The position numbers and the translations under genes are program-made. The notes below the pieces were generated by a model. It did no database searches and was not told the DNA's origin. It saw only the letters and a program-made list of their open reading frames with translations. Below, piece after piece: positions 29,135-37,927 of a DNA stretch of 64,000 nt (positions are counted from its first letter, which is position 1; each line of letters opens with the position of its first letter). This DNA comes from an uncultured virus (IMG/VR IMGVR_UViG_3300026136_000184) (taxonomy: Duplodnaviria > Heunggongvirae > Uroviricota > Caudoviricetes): IMG/VR virus record IMGVR_UViG_3300026136_000184, positions 1 through 64,000 of that record; one strand, written 5' to 3'.

Positions 29135-29682
29135 AGTATAAAACTCCTAAGGTCATTGGGTAAAACAGGATCTTGCATTCTTTCAGGGTGCCAAACTAGT
29201 CCCCACAGTTTTCTATTTTTATGTCTAAATGCTTCGATGCTTCCATCATCTGCATGTGCGATAGCATTTAAATCTGAGCCAACTTCCTTTAACTGATTCA
29301 TGTGAAAACTATTTACTTCGTACTTCTCATCTTCTAAAATAATTCCGTGAGTAGTATTGTAATGATTTTCTATTGTGCTATTAACTCCTTGCTCTAATTC
29401 GTTAATAAGAAATGCACCGTGACAAACTCCTAGTACAGGTTTGTCTTGTATATAACATTGCGTTAATACTTTTGTTTCGACTAGTATTCTTTGAGGACTT
29501 GCGTCTCCACCTGTTAAGATTACTAAGTCTAAATCTCTAACTAATTCTTTATAGTCTTGTTCTATTATATTAGGGATATAAAAAAACGTATGACCACTTA
29601 GTAGGTTGTACCAACCGTGTTCTAAGCAATCATACGCCACGTTGTTATAATGTAATATCCTCTGTGATAGACCGATATTCAC
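29131..29682 (-). CDS. Class I glutamine amidotransferase/peptidase C26-family hydrolase (Cj1417-like)
   Basis: IGLSQR, LTGG, LGVCHG, VNSFH, IEAF, WHPER. Confidence 0.88.
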   Translation of the reverse strand: MNIGLSQRILHYNNVAYDCLEHGWYNLLSGHTFFYIPNIIEQDYKELVRDLDLVILTGGDASPQRILVETKVLTQCYIQDKPVLGVCHGAFLINELEQGVNSTIENHYNTTHGIILEDEKYEVNSFHMNQLKEVGSDLNAIAHADDGSIEAFRHKNRKLWGLVWHPERMQDPVLPNDLRSFIL

Positions 29683-29695
29683 TACATACTTCTAC

Positions 29696-30394
29696 TTACC
29701 AACCGTATGCTTCTGATACTAATTTCTGTCCTTCTGCATTATGGCTAGTGTTTTTGCATGAAATTTCATACAAGTCTTTACGCATGTCAGCAACAAGTGC
29801 TTCAATACGTGCTTGAGTTTCTGCATCACCAACTAGAGTTTCAAGTTTCATTGCACCGATTGTGCTGTGAAAACCTTCGTCTTTAGCAATTTTTGCATAA
29901 CGTGTTGAGATGAACTCATCTTCGATGACATCTGCCATTGTGTTCCAAACTGCTTCTGCACGACCTTCAGCAACTAACTGATAAGCGGCAAGTGCGGCTG
30001 GATCAGAATCAGCATCATACTTTTCTAAAAGGCTTGCACCTTTAGCAGTAGGCTTTGCTTCTTCAGCGGCGATTGCTTCTGCAACATCGATCTCTTCGCC
30101 TTTGATATGCTCAATGACTTCTTTTACTAAACGAAAATGAATTGCTTCATCGTTTGCTTGTTTAGTTAAGTTTTGAAGTTCGATAGGGTCTGCATCAGCA
30201 GGCATAGATGCAATGTTATTGCTAATCTCTACCATGTTCATTCTTTCATTAACCATACGTCCAACAAAGTGTTCTACCAACGCATCCTCGTCAGGCATGT
30301 TGTCGAAATACTCTGCAACGTTAAGTTGACTTGCTTTGAATAATGCTTGATTGCCTTCGACAATACTAGCAACAAATTCTTTGTTTGATTTCAT
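29696..30394 (-). CDS. Ferritin-like diiron protein
   Basis: Two E...DExxH motifs (NE...DEAIH; AE...DEGFH). Start reassigned to ATG 30394 after AAGGAG. Confidence 0.75.
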   Translation of the reverse strand: MKSNKEFVASIVEGNQALFKASQLNVAEYFDNMPDEDALVEHFVGRMVNERMNMVEISNNIASMPADADPIELQNLTKQANDEAIHFRLVKEVIEHIKGEEIDVAEAIAAEEAKPTAKGASLLEKYDADSDPAALAAYQLVAEGRAEAVWNTMADVIEDEFISTRYAKIAKDEGFHSTIGAMKLETLVGDAETQARIEALVADMRKDLYEISCKNTSHNAEGQKLVSEAYGW

Positions 30395-30439
30395 ATTATT
30401 CTCCTTAAGGGTTGTAGTAATTAAAATAATCACTACTAG

Positions 30440-30500
30440 TATTTATCTCTAGGATTGAGAAAAATATACGCACTTCACAAAAATTATAAATATATTTATA
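30440..30500. promoter_or_regulatory. Divergent late promoter region
   Basis: GATAAATA on minus at 30440-30447 and palindromic TATAAATATATTTATA at 30485-30500. Confidence 0.7.
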
Positions 30501-30528
30501 CAATTTACAGTAAGGATAAAAAAATTCG

Positions 30529-31272
30529 ATGAATAGCAAAATTTTTAACTTGGTTATGGAAAATTTAGATGAGGCACTGAACTTACCTAAATACGATCAC
30601 ATCAGAACTAATCTTAATGAAAAGACTACGTTTGAAGAAATGGCTATCACTCCAGTCAAGTTCGATAAGTTCAAAGAAGATATCTTAACGACAATGGACT
30701 TAGATGCAAAAATCAGATGGGAAGGCACTATTGAATCTGTTGTTGATCAACTAGACATCAAATACTCTAGTATGTTTTTCGGTGAGATTTGGAAGCCACA
30801 GACAGAAATATATAGTTATACAGGCTGGCAGTTAGTTGATGAAGTTAAGAAACTTAATCCTAAAGCAGTATTAGACGTGGGTTGTGGCTACAATCAATTT
30901 AAAGAACGTATACCAAATTTAATCGGCATTGATCCTTATAACAACATGTCAGATTATCAAGTTGATGTTTTAGAATATGCAAACGTTGACGAACACTTTG
31001 ATGCAATAATTGCATTAGGATCTATTAACTTTAATAGTATTGAAGATATTAGAGTGAGATTAGCAAACTGTAATAAGTTACTTGCTAAAGGTGGTAAGAT
31101 GTTCTTTAGAGTCAATCCAGGTATTCAACATAAGAACGGGCCTTGGGTAGAAGTATTTGAGTGGAGTTTTGAAGTTGCTCACAACTTTGCTAAAGAGTTT
31201 GGATTAGAACTAGAGACGTTCAAACAAGATGCTAATGACAGAAAGTATTTTGTTTACAGTAAACCTGCTTAA
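30529..31272 (+). CDS. Class I SAM methyltransferase with ACP-like N-terminal domain
   Basis: VLDVGCG, IGIDPY, FDAIIALGSINF, LAKGG. Confidence 0.8.
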   Translation: MNSKIFNLVMENLDEALNLPKYDHIRTNLNEKTTFEEMAITPVKFDKFKEDILTTMDLDAKIRWEGTIESVVDQLDIKYSSMFFGEIWKPQTEIYSYTGWQLVDEVKKLNPKAVLDVGCGYNQFKERIPNLIGIDPYNNMSDYQVDVLEYANVDEHFDAIIALGSINFNSIEDIRVRLANCNKLLAKGGKMFFRVNPGIQHKNGPWVEVFEWSFEVAHNFAKEFGLELETFKQDANDRKYFVYSKPA

Positions 31273-31463
31273 CCTCGTTTAACTAAACGTAAACTTCCTA
31301 TTCTATAGTCAGGAATATTATACATCTTTTTCATTAATTGTCTTGCTTCAAAATGTGTTTGAGCAGAGACAGTGAAGTCCATGTTGCCTGTGTATCCCGG
31401 TTGCTGTACAAACACAGTTGCGGCATAAAGATGATATGGCTTGACAACTTCAGATGCTCTCAT
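31269..31463 (-). CDS. Small protein with cargo-type N-terminus
   Basis: Starts MRASEV; 64 aa. Confidence 0.6.
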   Translation of the reverse strand: MRASEVVKPYHLYAATVFVQQPGYTGNMDFTVSAQTHFEARQLMKKMYNIPDYRIGSLRLVKRG

Positions 31464-31464
31464 C

Positions 31465-31779
31465 TTACTTCTTCGGCTTGTTGCTTACGTTCTTTGCTTT
31501 ACCCCTGCGATTCTTATTAGGGTCATTCTTTTTCTTTCTTTTTACAGCATTAGCAATTGCTTTTTTGCCACCAGAGTTACGTAAACTTGCGGCTTTACTT
31601 TTAGATAAACACTTAGGTTTGCCTTTGCCTTTACCATCACCGCATTTACCTACACGTTCGCCTTTGGTATTGTATCTATCCCAACCACCGCCTCCGGCAC
31701 CACCGTCTTTGCCTTTGCCGAACCAGGCTCGTAAATCTTCTTTGATAATTGATTCGGTTAGAATTTCATTAATACGCAT
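31465..31779 (-). CDS. Small basic Gly/Lys/Cys protein, cargo-type
   Basis: Start reassigned to MRINEILTE; EDLRAWF, GKC...KPKC. Confidence 0.7.
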   Translation of the reverse strand: MRINEILTESIIKEDLRAWFGKGKDGGAGGGGWDRYNTKGERVGKCGDGKGKGKPKCLSKSKAASLRNSGGKKAIANAVKRKKKNDPNKNRRGKAKNVSNKPKK

Positions 31780-32702
31780 TATTTTTTCTTCTTCTTTTTC
31801 TTTCCGCCAGTGCCCCAATTACTCGCACCAACTTTACGACACTTAACTAAAGCACCAGATGCGTATGCACTAGGCCATACTTTATATCTGCTTTTGACTT
31901 TGTGATAACAAGCATCTTTTTTGCCTGCGGCTTCATCAAACTGTTCTTCTGTAATCATTTCTCCCGCTTCTTCATCTTCATAGATACTTTTTTCTAATTT
32001 GCCATGTTTCGGCGTGAAGAACGTTAACAGTTTGTCAAACTTTTCTTTGCTCATAATAGCCACTTGTTGCAGTCTTTCTCTATCTTGTGGCTTGACGTTC
32101 ATGTACATTTGCATGAACTCATTGATATCTTTTAATGGTAGTATATGTTCTGACCCGTCTAAGAATTTGATTGGGTGATCGCCGTCTACATCTTGTGCTT
32201 TTCTTAATTGCATTAAGATATGCTGTACTTTGTCTTTATCAGGATCTTCTGGCTTTTCCTCTTCTTCGTCATCATCGTCATCGTGTCTTTTCTTGCGTTT
32301 TGCTTCGTCAATTTCGTCCCAAGCAAATGCTTCTGATAAGCCAGATAATCTTTTGATATCTTCTAATGCCTCATCGACTTTAGGATCATTACGTTTTTTG
32401 CTAATAACTTCTCCTGTGTCTCCGCATGATGCACAACCTTCTCCCTTACAACTAGGACATACTTGAGGATTGCCCCCTTCTGGTTTTGTGTGACCATGTG
32501 CTGGGTCATACTTTTTTAATTCTTTATTTTGACTGTGTTTACTACTTGTTGTAGGGCCTCTGTTAACGCCTTTACCTTCGTATGTGTTAGTATCACTACG
32601 AGCATCACTAGCAATACCCATTACCATGCCTGGAGAACCGTCACCTTTGTATGAGTTTTCACTCAAATAGTTTAATCCTGCTGTCTTTTTATACTTGTCC
32701 AT
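31779..32702 (-). CDS. Modular protein with CxxC finger and C-terminal KVWPSAYASG module
   Basis: CPSCKGEGCASC, LEDIKRLSG, DACYHKVK..YKVWPSAYASG; GATAAATA at 32708-32715. Confidence 0.7.
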   Translation of the reverse strand: MDKYKKTAGLNYLSENSYKGDGSPGMVMGIASDARSDTNTYEGKGVNRGPTTSSKHSQNKELKKYDPAHGHTKPEGGNPQVCPSCKGEGCASCGDTGEVISKKRNDPKVDEALEDIKRLSGLSEAFAWDEIDEAKRKKRHDDDDDEEEEKPEDPDKDKVQHILMQLRKAQDVDGDHPIKFLDGSEHILPLKDINEFMQMYMNVKPQDRERLQQVAIMSKEKFDKLLTFFTPKHGKLEKSIYEDEEAGEMITEEQFDEAAGKKDACYHKVKSRYKVWPSAYASGALVKCRKVGASNWGTGGKKKKKKK

Positions 32703-32717
32703 AATAGTATTTATCTC

Positions 32718-34340
32718 TTAATTGCTTAGTTTCTTTTCTATGTACTTATTGATAAAAGCCTCTTGTCTATCTAAATCATCATTACCATATGGCTCAATAT
32801 TCTTATTAAATATGTCGTCTATTGTATATTTATTTGTAGAGAGATATCTGTGATAATAAAACACGCCTGGCCCGATGTCTTGTTTAAGTTCGTCATCATG
32901 TACAACTTCTTCAAATATTTTAAATGCTTCCCAAATATTCATAGTATCATGTTGCCATTTTAAATATGCATTAGATTCTAATGGTAATGCAAAATGTGCT
33001 GTTTCTTCGTCTAACTCAGAAAAGTCAACTCCCATTTCTTCGTTTGTAGTCTCTCTAATTACGCCTTCTTCTCTCCATGTTCTTTCAAATACTGAATTCT
33101 GAACAGACAGCATATTTGCAATTGTTCCACCTGCAATGTACAATGGCGATATTGAATATGCACCTATATCTAAGTTTTCTTTTACCCACTTCAATCCTTC
33201 AAAAAACGTTTCTCTTGTTTCTCCCGGTAAGCCAATAATCATAGATGTCTGACAACGATAAGGTCCTCTGTCTTTGAACCATTGTTGCATTTTAATCATG
33301 CCTTCTTTTAAAACTTCAGGCTTCATTCCTTTACCTACATAAGAACCTGCTTGCCGATTCAATGTTTCTAACCCATAATAATGTGTGTGTAAACCCATAT
33401 CCCAAATATCTTGCCAAGTCTCAGGGTGTGCTATCATTAAATCTGCTCTCATAAAGCCTTGCAACTTTAACTTGAAGGGTAAAGTTTTTATGAGTTTTGC
33501 ATACTTTGCTAATTTATCTGGTGAGTCATTAATCGTTTCATCGTTGACTGAATAAGTATCGATTCCCCAACGTTCATAATTTTCAATAAGTTCTTCTCTA
33601 AGACTATCAATACATCTACTAAAATCTCCCCTAACTCCTAGTACAGGAAACGAACAGAACTTACATTTAAACTTGCACCCACGAGATAATTCTAATGACA
33701 ATACTTCTTGTGGTTGTATATAGTCTCTATCTTCATATGAAACATTAGCATTGGGCATAGGGTAAGCAGGATAATCTTTTGTGGCTTCTACTATGTTGAT
33801 TGGTACGCCTCTATATAATTGTTTTGTCATTTGCAACATATTGAATTCTTTTTTAAAGTATTTTAACAATTCAGTAATTGCATATTCTCCGTAACCAGTA
33901 ACATAATAATCTAAATCATATTCTATTAATGCAGATATGTTATGAGATCCTCCCACAAAAGGTATGTTAGGATACATTTCTTTAAGTCTTTTTATAGTCT
34001 GAAGCATTTCTGCTACTTTTGCATTTGCTTTTTTATCTTTTCCCATAACTCCATAACTTAATGGGAACAAAACAGAAAGACCTATGCATATAGTATCTTC
34101 TCTAACTCGTTGATGAAAGAATTTTAATATTTGTATTGGTGACCATGCTGGCCAAAAGTCTAAGACTTCGACATCATAACCTTCGTTTCTTAGATATGAA
34201 GCAATGCGATGTGCGCCGTGGGCTCGTTTGACACTTGGCCATACTGACGAGTTTAAATCATCACTTGCACTTTGGATAACGTCAGCCGCATCGTGCCTAT
34301 CGAAGGATCCACCTAAGATAATCATGTGACCTTTAGACAT
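32718..34340 (-). CDS. B12-binding-type radical SAM protein
   Basis: SRGCKFKCKFC, GYGE, DETIND, RADL, GLET, IIGLPGET. Confidence 0.88.
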   Translation of the reverse strand: MSKGHMIILGGSFDRHDAADVIQSASDDLNSSVWPSVKRAHGAHRIASYLRNEGYDVEVLDFWPAWSPIQILKFFHQRVREDTICIGLSVLFPLSYGVMGKDKKANAKVAEMLQTIKRLKEMYPNIPFVGGSHNISALIEYDLDYYVTGYGEYAITELLKYFKKEFNMLQMTKQLYRGVPINIVEATKDYPAYPMPNANVSYEDRDYIQPQEVLSLELSRGCKFKCKFCSFPVLGVRGDFSRCIDSLREELIENYERWGIDTYSVNDETINDSPDKLAKYAKLIKTLPFKLKLQGFMRADLMIAHPETWQDIWDMGLHTHYYGLETLNRQAGSYVGKGMKPEVLKEGMIKMQQWFKDRGPYRCQTSMIIGLPGETRETFFEGLKWVKENLDIGAYSISPLYIAGGTIANMLSVQNSVFERTWREEGVIRETTNEEMGVDFSELDEETAHFALPLESNAYLKWQHDTMNIWEAFKIFEEVVHDDELKQDIGPGVFYYHRYLSTNKYTIDDIFNKNIEPYGNDDLDRQEAFINKYIEKKLSN

Positions 34341-34341
34341 A

Positions 34342-34968
34342 TTAGTTCTTCAGTGTGCCGATGTTAGGAACGTAATTGTTTCCTGTTTCATCGATGAGTC
34401 CGTTTATTAGTTCTTGTATCATCTCATCGTTGAGATGGCGCCTACGCATTTCACTAGATTTAAATCTTCCCCATAGATGTACTTCAACTGGAACGTCTCC
34501 GTCAACTTCATCTACTGCATACATTCTATGTCTTCCTTCATGTCCTGTGACCTTCGCAGGCTGTGATAGATCGCCTTCTTCCCACTCGTCGGGTATTACA
34601 ATAGATAAGAAAGGACTTGCAATAGGAACGCCCTTACGAACTTTATCAACTAAATCTTCATATTGTGAACTACGCATATCTCTTGGTAAACTTAATGCTA
34701 ACTTATGAAATGTAGAGGGCTTCATCATAACACGAATACCAAAATAGTCTGGTTGTCCACCTGTATTATTCGGAACGACACCCAATCCTTTTTCATTATC
34801 TAAGTTGTATTCATCTAATGCTGATACACCTGCGGGAACAGGCGTGTCTGTAGGCAAAAAGAATTTATGTTTACCTTTAGATGCTTTTTTAAGTTTGTAG
34901 GCAGGCATTGTTTTATAATCAGGTATCCCTGCAAAGCCCATCTCACTTAAAAATTCTCTTGCTCTCAT
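34342..34968 (-). CDS. ParB/Srx-like domain protein, cargo-type
   Basis: Starts MRAREFLSE; PFL...VTGHEGRHR. Confidence 0.65.
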   Translation of the reverse strand: MRAREFLSEMGFAGIPDYKTMPAYKLKKASKGKHKFFLPTDTPVPAGVSALDEYNLDNEKGLGVVPNNTGGQPDYFGIRVMMKPSTFHKLALSLPRDMRSSQYEDLVDKVRKGVPIASPFLSIVIPDEWEEGDLSQPAKVTGHEGRHRMYAVDEVDGDVPVEVHLWGRFKSSEMRRRHLNDEMIQELINGLIDETGNNYVPNIGTLKN

Positions 34969-36401
34969 ATGTTTTGTGCCAAATCTCTGTCATGCGTTGC
35001 ATCATATGTTGCGGCGTATAGTTCATCATAGTTGGCCGCTAATACATCATTACTAGGTGTAGTAAATTCATGCTCAAACTTATTTATGATCGATCTTTGA
35101 ATTGGTCCGTCTAATATATCTCCTACTAGATAATGATTTTTCATCTTTAAGACTTCATGGAACATTCTTCTGTCATTGTATATTGATGCGGACAATATAT
35201 TATCATTAGTAGTAATCATACGTGTATATAATTTAGGCGTAGTTACCATTAAAAAGCCTTCTTCAAATGTTTTTCGTTTTTCTTTCCACAAATAGGGTTT
35301 TTCTTGTATATGTTCTTTGAAGTATTCTCTCATAAATGCTGTAACATACGTGTCAGTTGTTATCCAATTATTGTCTGAAGGTAACGAATACGTAACTCCA
35401 TAGTGACTTCTTTTACTATCTATTTCAGAATGAAGTTTTTGTTTCATTTTTATTGTGTCAGGTTCATAGTATGTCAAACATAATAACAACATGTGAGGTT
35501 TAAAATCTCTGACAAACATTTCATTACCGTTAACACCATACATAACAATGTCAGGCTTTTGTTCTTGCATTGCTATTTGTTTACTAGTGGGTAATATTGA
35601 TTGCCAACGACATGAAGAATCAGTAAGATATTGTATGCATCCTTCTCTGTTTTCTGCTGTGTGCCATGTATAATGATGTGTATTAGGATATCTCTGTTCC
35701 TGCTCTTTGATACATCTTAAATGCACTGCTCCGGCATCACATGGAGAAATATCATATAAAAGTTGCAGATCATCGTAGAAAAACAATGACTGAACACAAG
35801 AATCTATGCCTTCACTAAGTGAACAATATCGTACTGGATATTTTGCTTTGATAATTTCTGCATGAGATTTCATGCATTCATAGACGTACTCAGTAAGTTC
35901 TTCTTGGTCCCATATCTCTTGTTCATACGCATCTTTTGCATCTTGTAAGTAATCATATGGGGGAATAAAAGATTTGATGTGATCGTAAAATGTTTCATCT
36001 GCATCAAATTCTCGTTCATGTTTTAATTTTGTACCATCGAATGCAGTAGTGTTTGTAATGTCTTCTTCTTTGATAGTCATGTATGGTAGATAATTTGTAA
36101 TTTCTATTCCATACTTGTCCGACAAAAATATTTTATGATTTTGAAAATAGTCTAATGCTAATTCGTAGTCAGTGTGAGTGAGTTTTATTGCAAAGAAGTT
36201 ACCGTTTGCTTCAGTAAAACTAAAGTTTTCACATACTTCTCTAATGTCACCTTCAATTAAATAACCAGTATATAATACAATAAAGTCTTCGCCTTCATAT
36301 ATCTCAACATCGTCTTCACGTATATAATACCAATCACCGAAACGTTCTATTGTCCAGGGCTTTGTAAATTTAGTTCTGTCCTTACAAAGAAAAAATCTCA
36401 T
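34965..36401 (-). CDS. Asparagine-synthetase-like (AsnB fold) ATP pyrophosphatase
   Basis: NGNFF...DYF, LSEGIDS, YGVNGNEMF. Confidence 0.65.
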   Translation of the reverse strand: MRFFLCKDRTKFTKPWTIERFGDWYYIREDDVEIYEGEDFIVLYTGYLIEGDIREVCENFSFTEANGNFFAIKLTHTDYELALDYFQNHKIFLSDKYGIEITNYLPYMTIKEEDITNTTAFDGTKLKHEREFDADETFYDHIKSFIPPYDYLQDAKDAYEQEIWDQEELTEYVYECMKSHAEIIKAKYPVRYCSLSEGIDSCVQSLFFYDDLQLLYDISPCDAGAVHLRCIKEQEQRYPNTHHYTWHTAENREGCIQYLTDSSCRWQSILPTSKQIAMQEQKPDIVMYGVNGNEMFVRDFKPHMLLLCLTYYEPDTIKMKQKLHSEIDSKRSHYGVTYSLPSDNNWITTDTYVTAFMREYFKEHIQEKPYLWKEKRKTFEEGFLMVTTPKLYTRMITTNDNILSASIYNDRRMFHEVLKMKNHYLVGDILDGPIQRSIINKFEHEFTTPSNDVLAANYDELYAATYDATHDRDLAQNI

Positions 36402-36974
36402 TTATCCCCAGCCAAAGTCTGCATCGTTTTCTTGTGCGAATTTAACTATTTTAATTAATTGATCTATGTACTGAGTTATTTGTCTGTCACTAGTGCCACC
36501 GTGATACATCATCGGACTCGTTCTTCCTATTCTATCCATACCTTCTCGGTCTTTGTATGTACCTATTTTACCACCTGTTAAAGATCCTGGCTCAGTATAT
36601 TGTGATGTGTCTGCGTTCTTTAAGAATATAAGTCTTTTCATAAGAGCAGGCAAGTCTTTATTATCTACGTGTCCTGCATAATCTTGTTCTAATCCTAACA
36701 TATCAATGATTTTAAATCCATTAGAATTACTGACATTCATTTCAGGAGCATCACTTACAAACTCAAGGTTTTGACCTTTACCCTCGCAGTAATCACAGAC
36801 CGCTTCATCGTAATATTTGTCTTTACCTGTACCATCACAAACCCAACAATCTACATTTTTGCGTTCACCAAAGTGACTCATATCATGTATGGTTTTGCCT
36901 CTATCATCAACATAGGACTTCGTCACTGAAAAATCAATGCTCTCGTTCAGTTTTCTGAAGTCCCTTGATTTCAT
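36402..36974 (-). CDS. DnaJ-type zinc-finger protein, cargo-type
   Basis: Starts MKSRDFRKLNE; CWVCDGTG...CDYCEGKG, NVSNSN. Confidence 0.7.
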   Translation of the reverse strand: MKSRDFRKLNESIDFSVTKSYVDDRGKTIHDMSHFGERKNVDCWVCDGTGKDKYYDEAVCDYCEGKGQNLEFVSDAPEMNVSNSNGFKIIDMLGLEQDYAGHVDNKDLPALMKRLIFLKNADTSQYTEPGSLTGGKIGTYKDREGMDRIGRTSPMMYHGGTSDRQITQYIDQLIKIVKFAQENDADFGWG

Positions 36975-36975
36975 A

Positions 36976-37461
36976 TTAGAGATCGCCAGTAGTAATTACG
37001 ACAGAGTTGTAGGGTTCTGATTGTGGTTTTGCAAAAGTTGCTGTATATTTCCAATTATTACCTGTGTAATGAACTGATGCAGTAGGATAACCTTTGTTAC
37101 AATCGTTATCACATGTTACGTGTGCTGAACCACTCCAGTATCCATAACTCATTTCAAAGTTACCGTTACCTGGATTAGGGTCTTTTACTGATGTCGGCGG
37201 AGTAATGTAACATGTAAGTACTGATCCTGATGGTGAATGTGTATTAGACTGTAAGTTTACAGTTTGTCCTACAGCAACATCAGTAGTAACATCTTTTTTA
37301 TCGACACCCCAAGTTTGCTTACATTGGAATGATTGATCTCCTTTGTTAGTAACTTGTAATGCTAATGTGACTGGATCACTACCGAGTCTTTTTTCTTGGC
37401 AGCCTGCAAATGCAAGTAAAACTACTACAACTGCGACTACTCCAAATACTATCTTTTTCAT
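36976..37461 (-). CDS. Putative lipoprotein
   Basis: MKK, hydrophobic run, FAGC lipobox; beta-rich mature domain. Confidence 0.75.
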   Translation of the reverse strand: MKKIVFGVVAVVVVLLAFAGCQEKRLGSDPVTLALQVTNKGDQSFQCKQTWGVDKKDVTTDVAVGQTVNLQSNTHSPSGSVLTCYITPPTSVKDPNPGNGNFEMSYGYWSGSAHVTCDNDCNKGYPTASVHYTGNNWKYTATFAKPQSEPYNSVVITTGDL

Positions 37462-37625
37462 TTAAATATTCCTTTTTGTTTATCGTTTCTATTATCTTTA
37501 TATTTAGCAGTGGGTAGGTCAGTGTTCTTTTTACCGTAAACATCACCTATCTTGTGCATACGTTTCCCGGGCTTTGTAGAACTGTATTCTACGTCAGCCT
37601 CTGTAATAACTTCTCTTATCTTCAT
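37458..37625 (-). CDS. Small basic protein, cargo-type (55 aa)
   Basis: Not in the track: MKIREVITEADVEYSSTKPGKRMHKIG...; overlaps both neighbours. Confidence 0.65.
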   Translation of the reverse strand: MKIREVITEADVEYSSTKPGKRMHKIGDVYGKKNTDLPTAKYKDNRNDKQKGIFK

Positions 37626-37927
37626 TAGTCTATTAAAACCATATATGCTTCTGGATTATATTTTCTAAACCAGTCAGAACCTTTTCTTACTAAGTCCCAT
37701 TGTTGTGTCAAGTTCGCACCCATGATAACATCATATACTGCAATCTCTTGTGGGTCAAGTTTAATACTAGCACCGCTAATAGGATTCATTACAGTTGCAG
37801 GTTCATCATCTAATATTTGTGCATCAAATGGCATAGGTCTATCTTTCATTTTCTCTTGCCATGATTCACGCAATGTACCTGATAATTCTCTGATACGATT
37901 TAATTCGTCATAATTTACTTCTTTCAT
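37625..37927 (-). CDS. Hypothetical protein with ELxxIxxLSG motif
   Basis: Start reassigned to MKEVNYDELNRIRELSG after GGAG. Confidence 0.65.
   Translation of the reverse strand: MKEVNYDELNRIRELSGTLRESWQEKMKDRPMPFDAQILDDEPATVMNPISGASIKLDPQEIAVYDVIMGANLTQQWDLVRKGSDWFRKYNPEAYMVLID

Noticed and set aside
34965..36401. AsnB-like gene as the missing QueC
   Set aside because: It has an SxGxDS loop but no QueC Zn motif (CxxCxxC) and lies far from the deazaguanine cluster.
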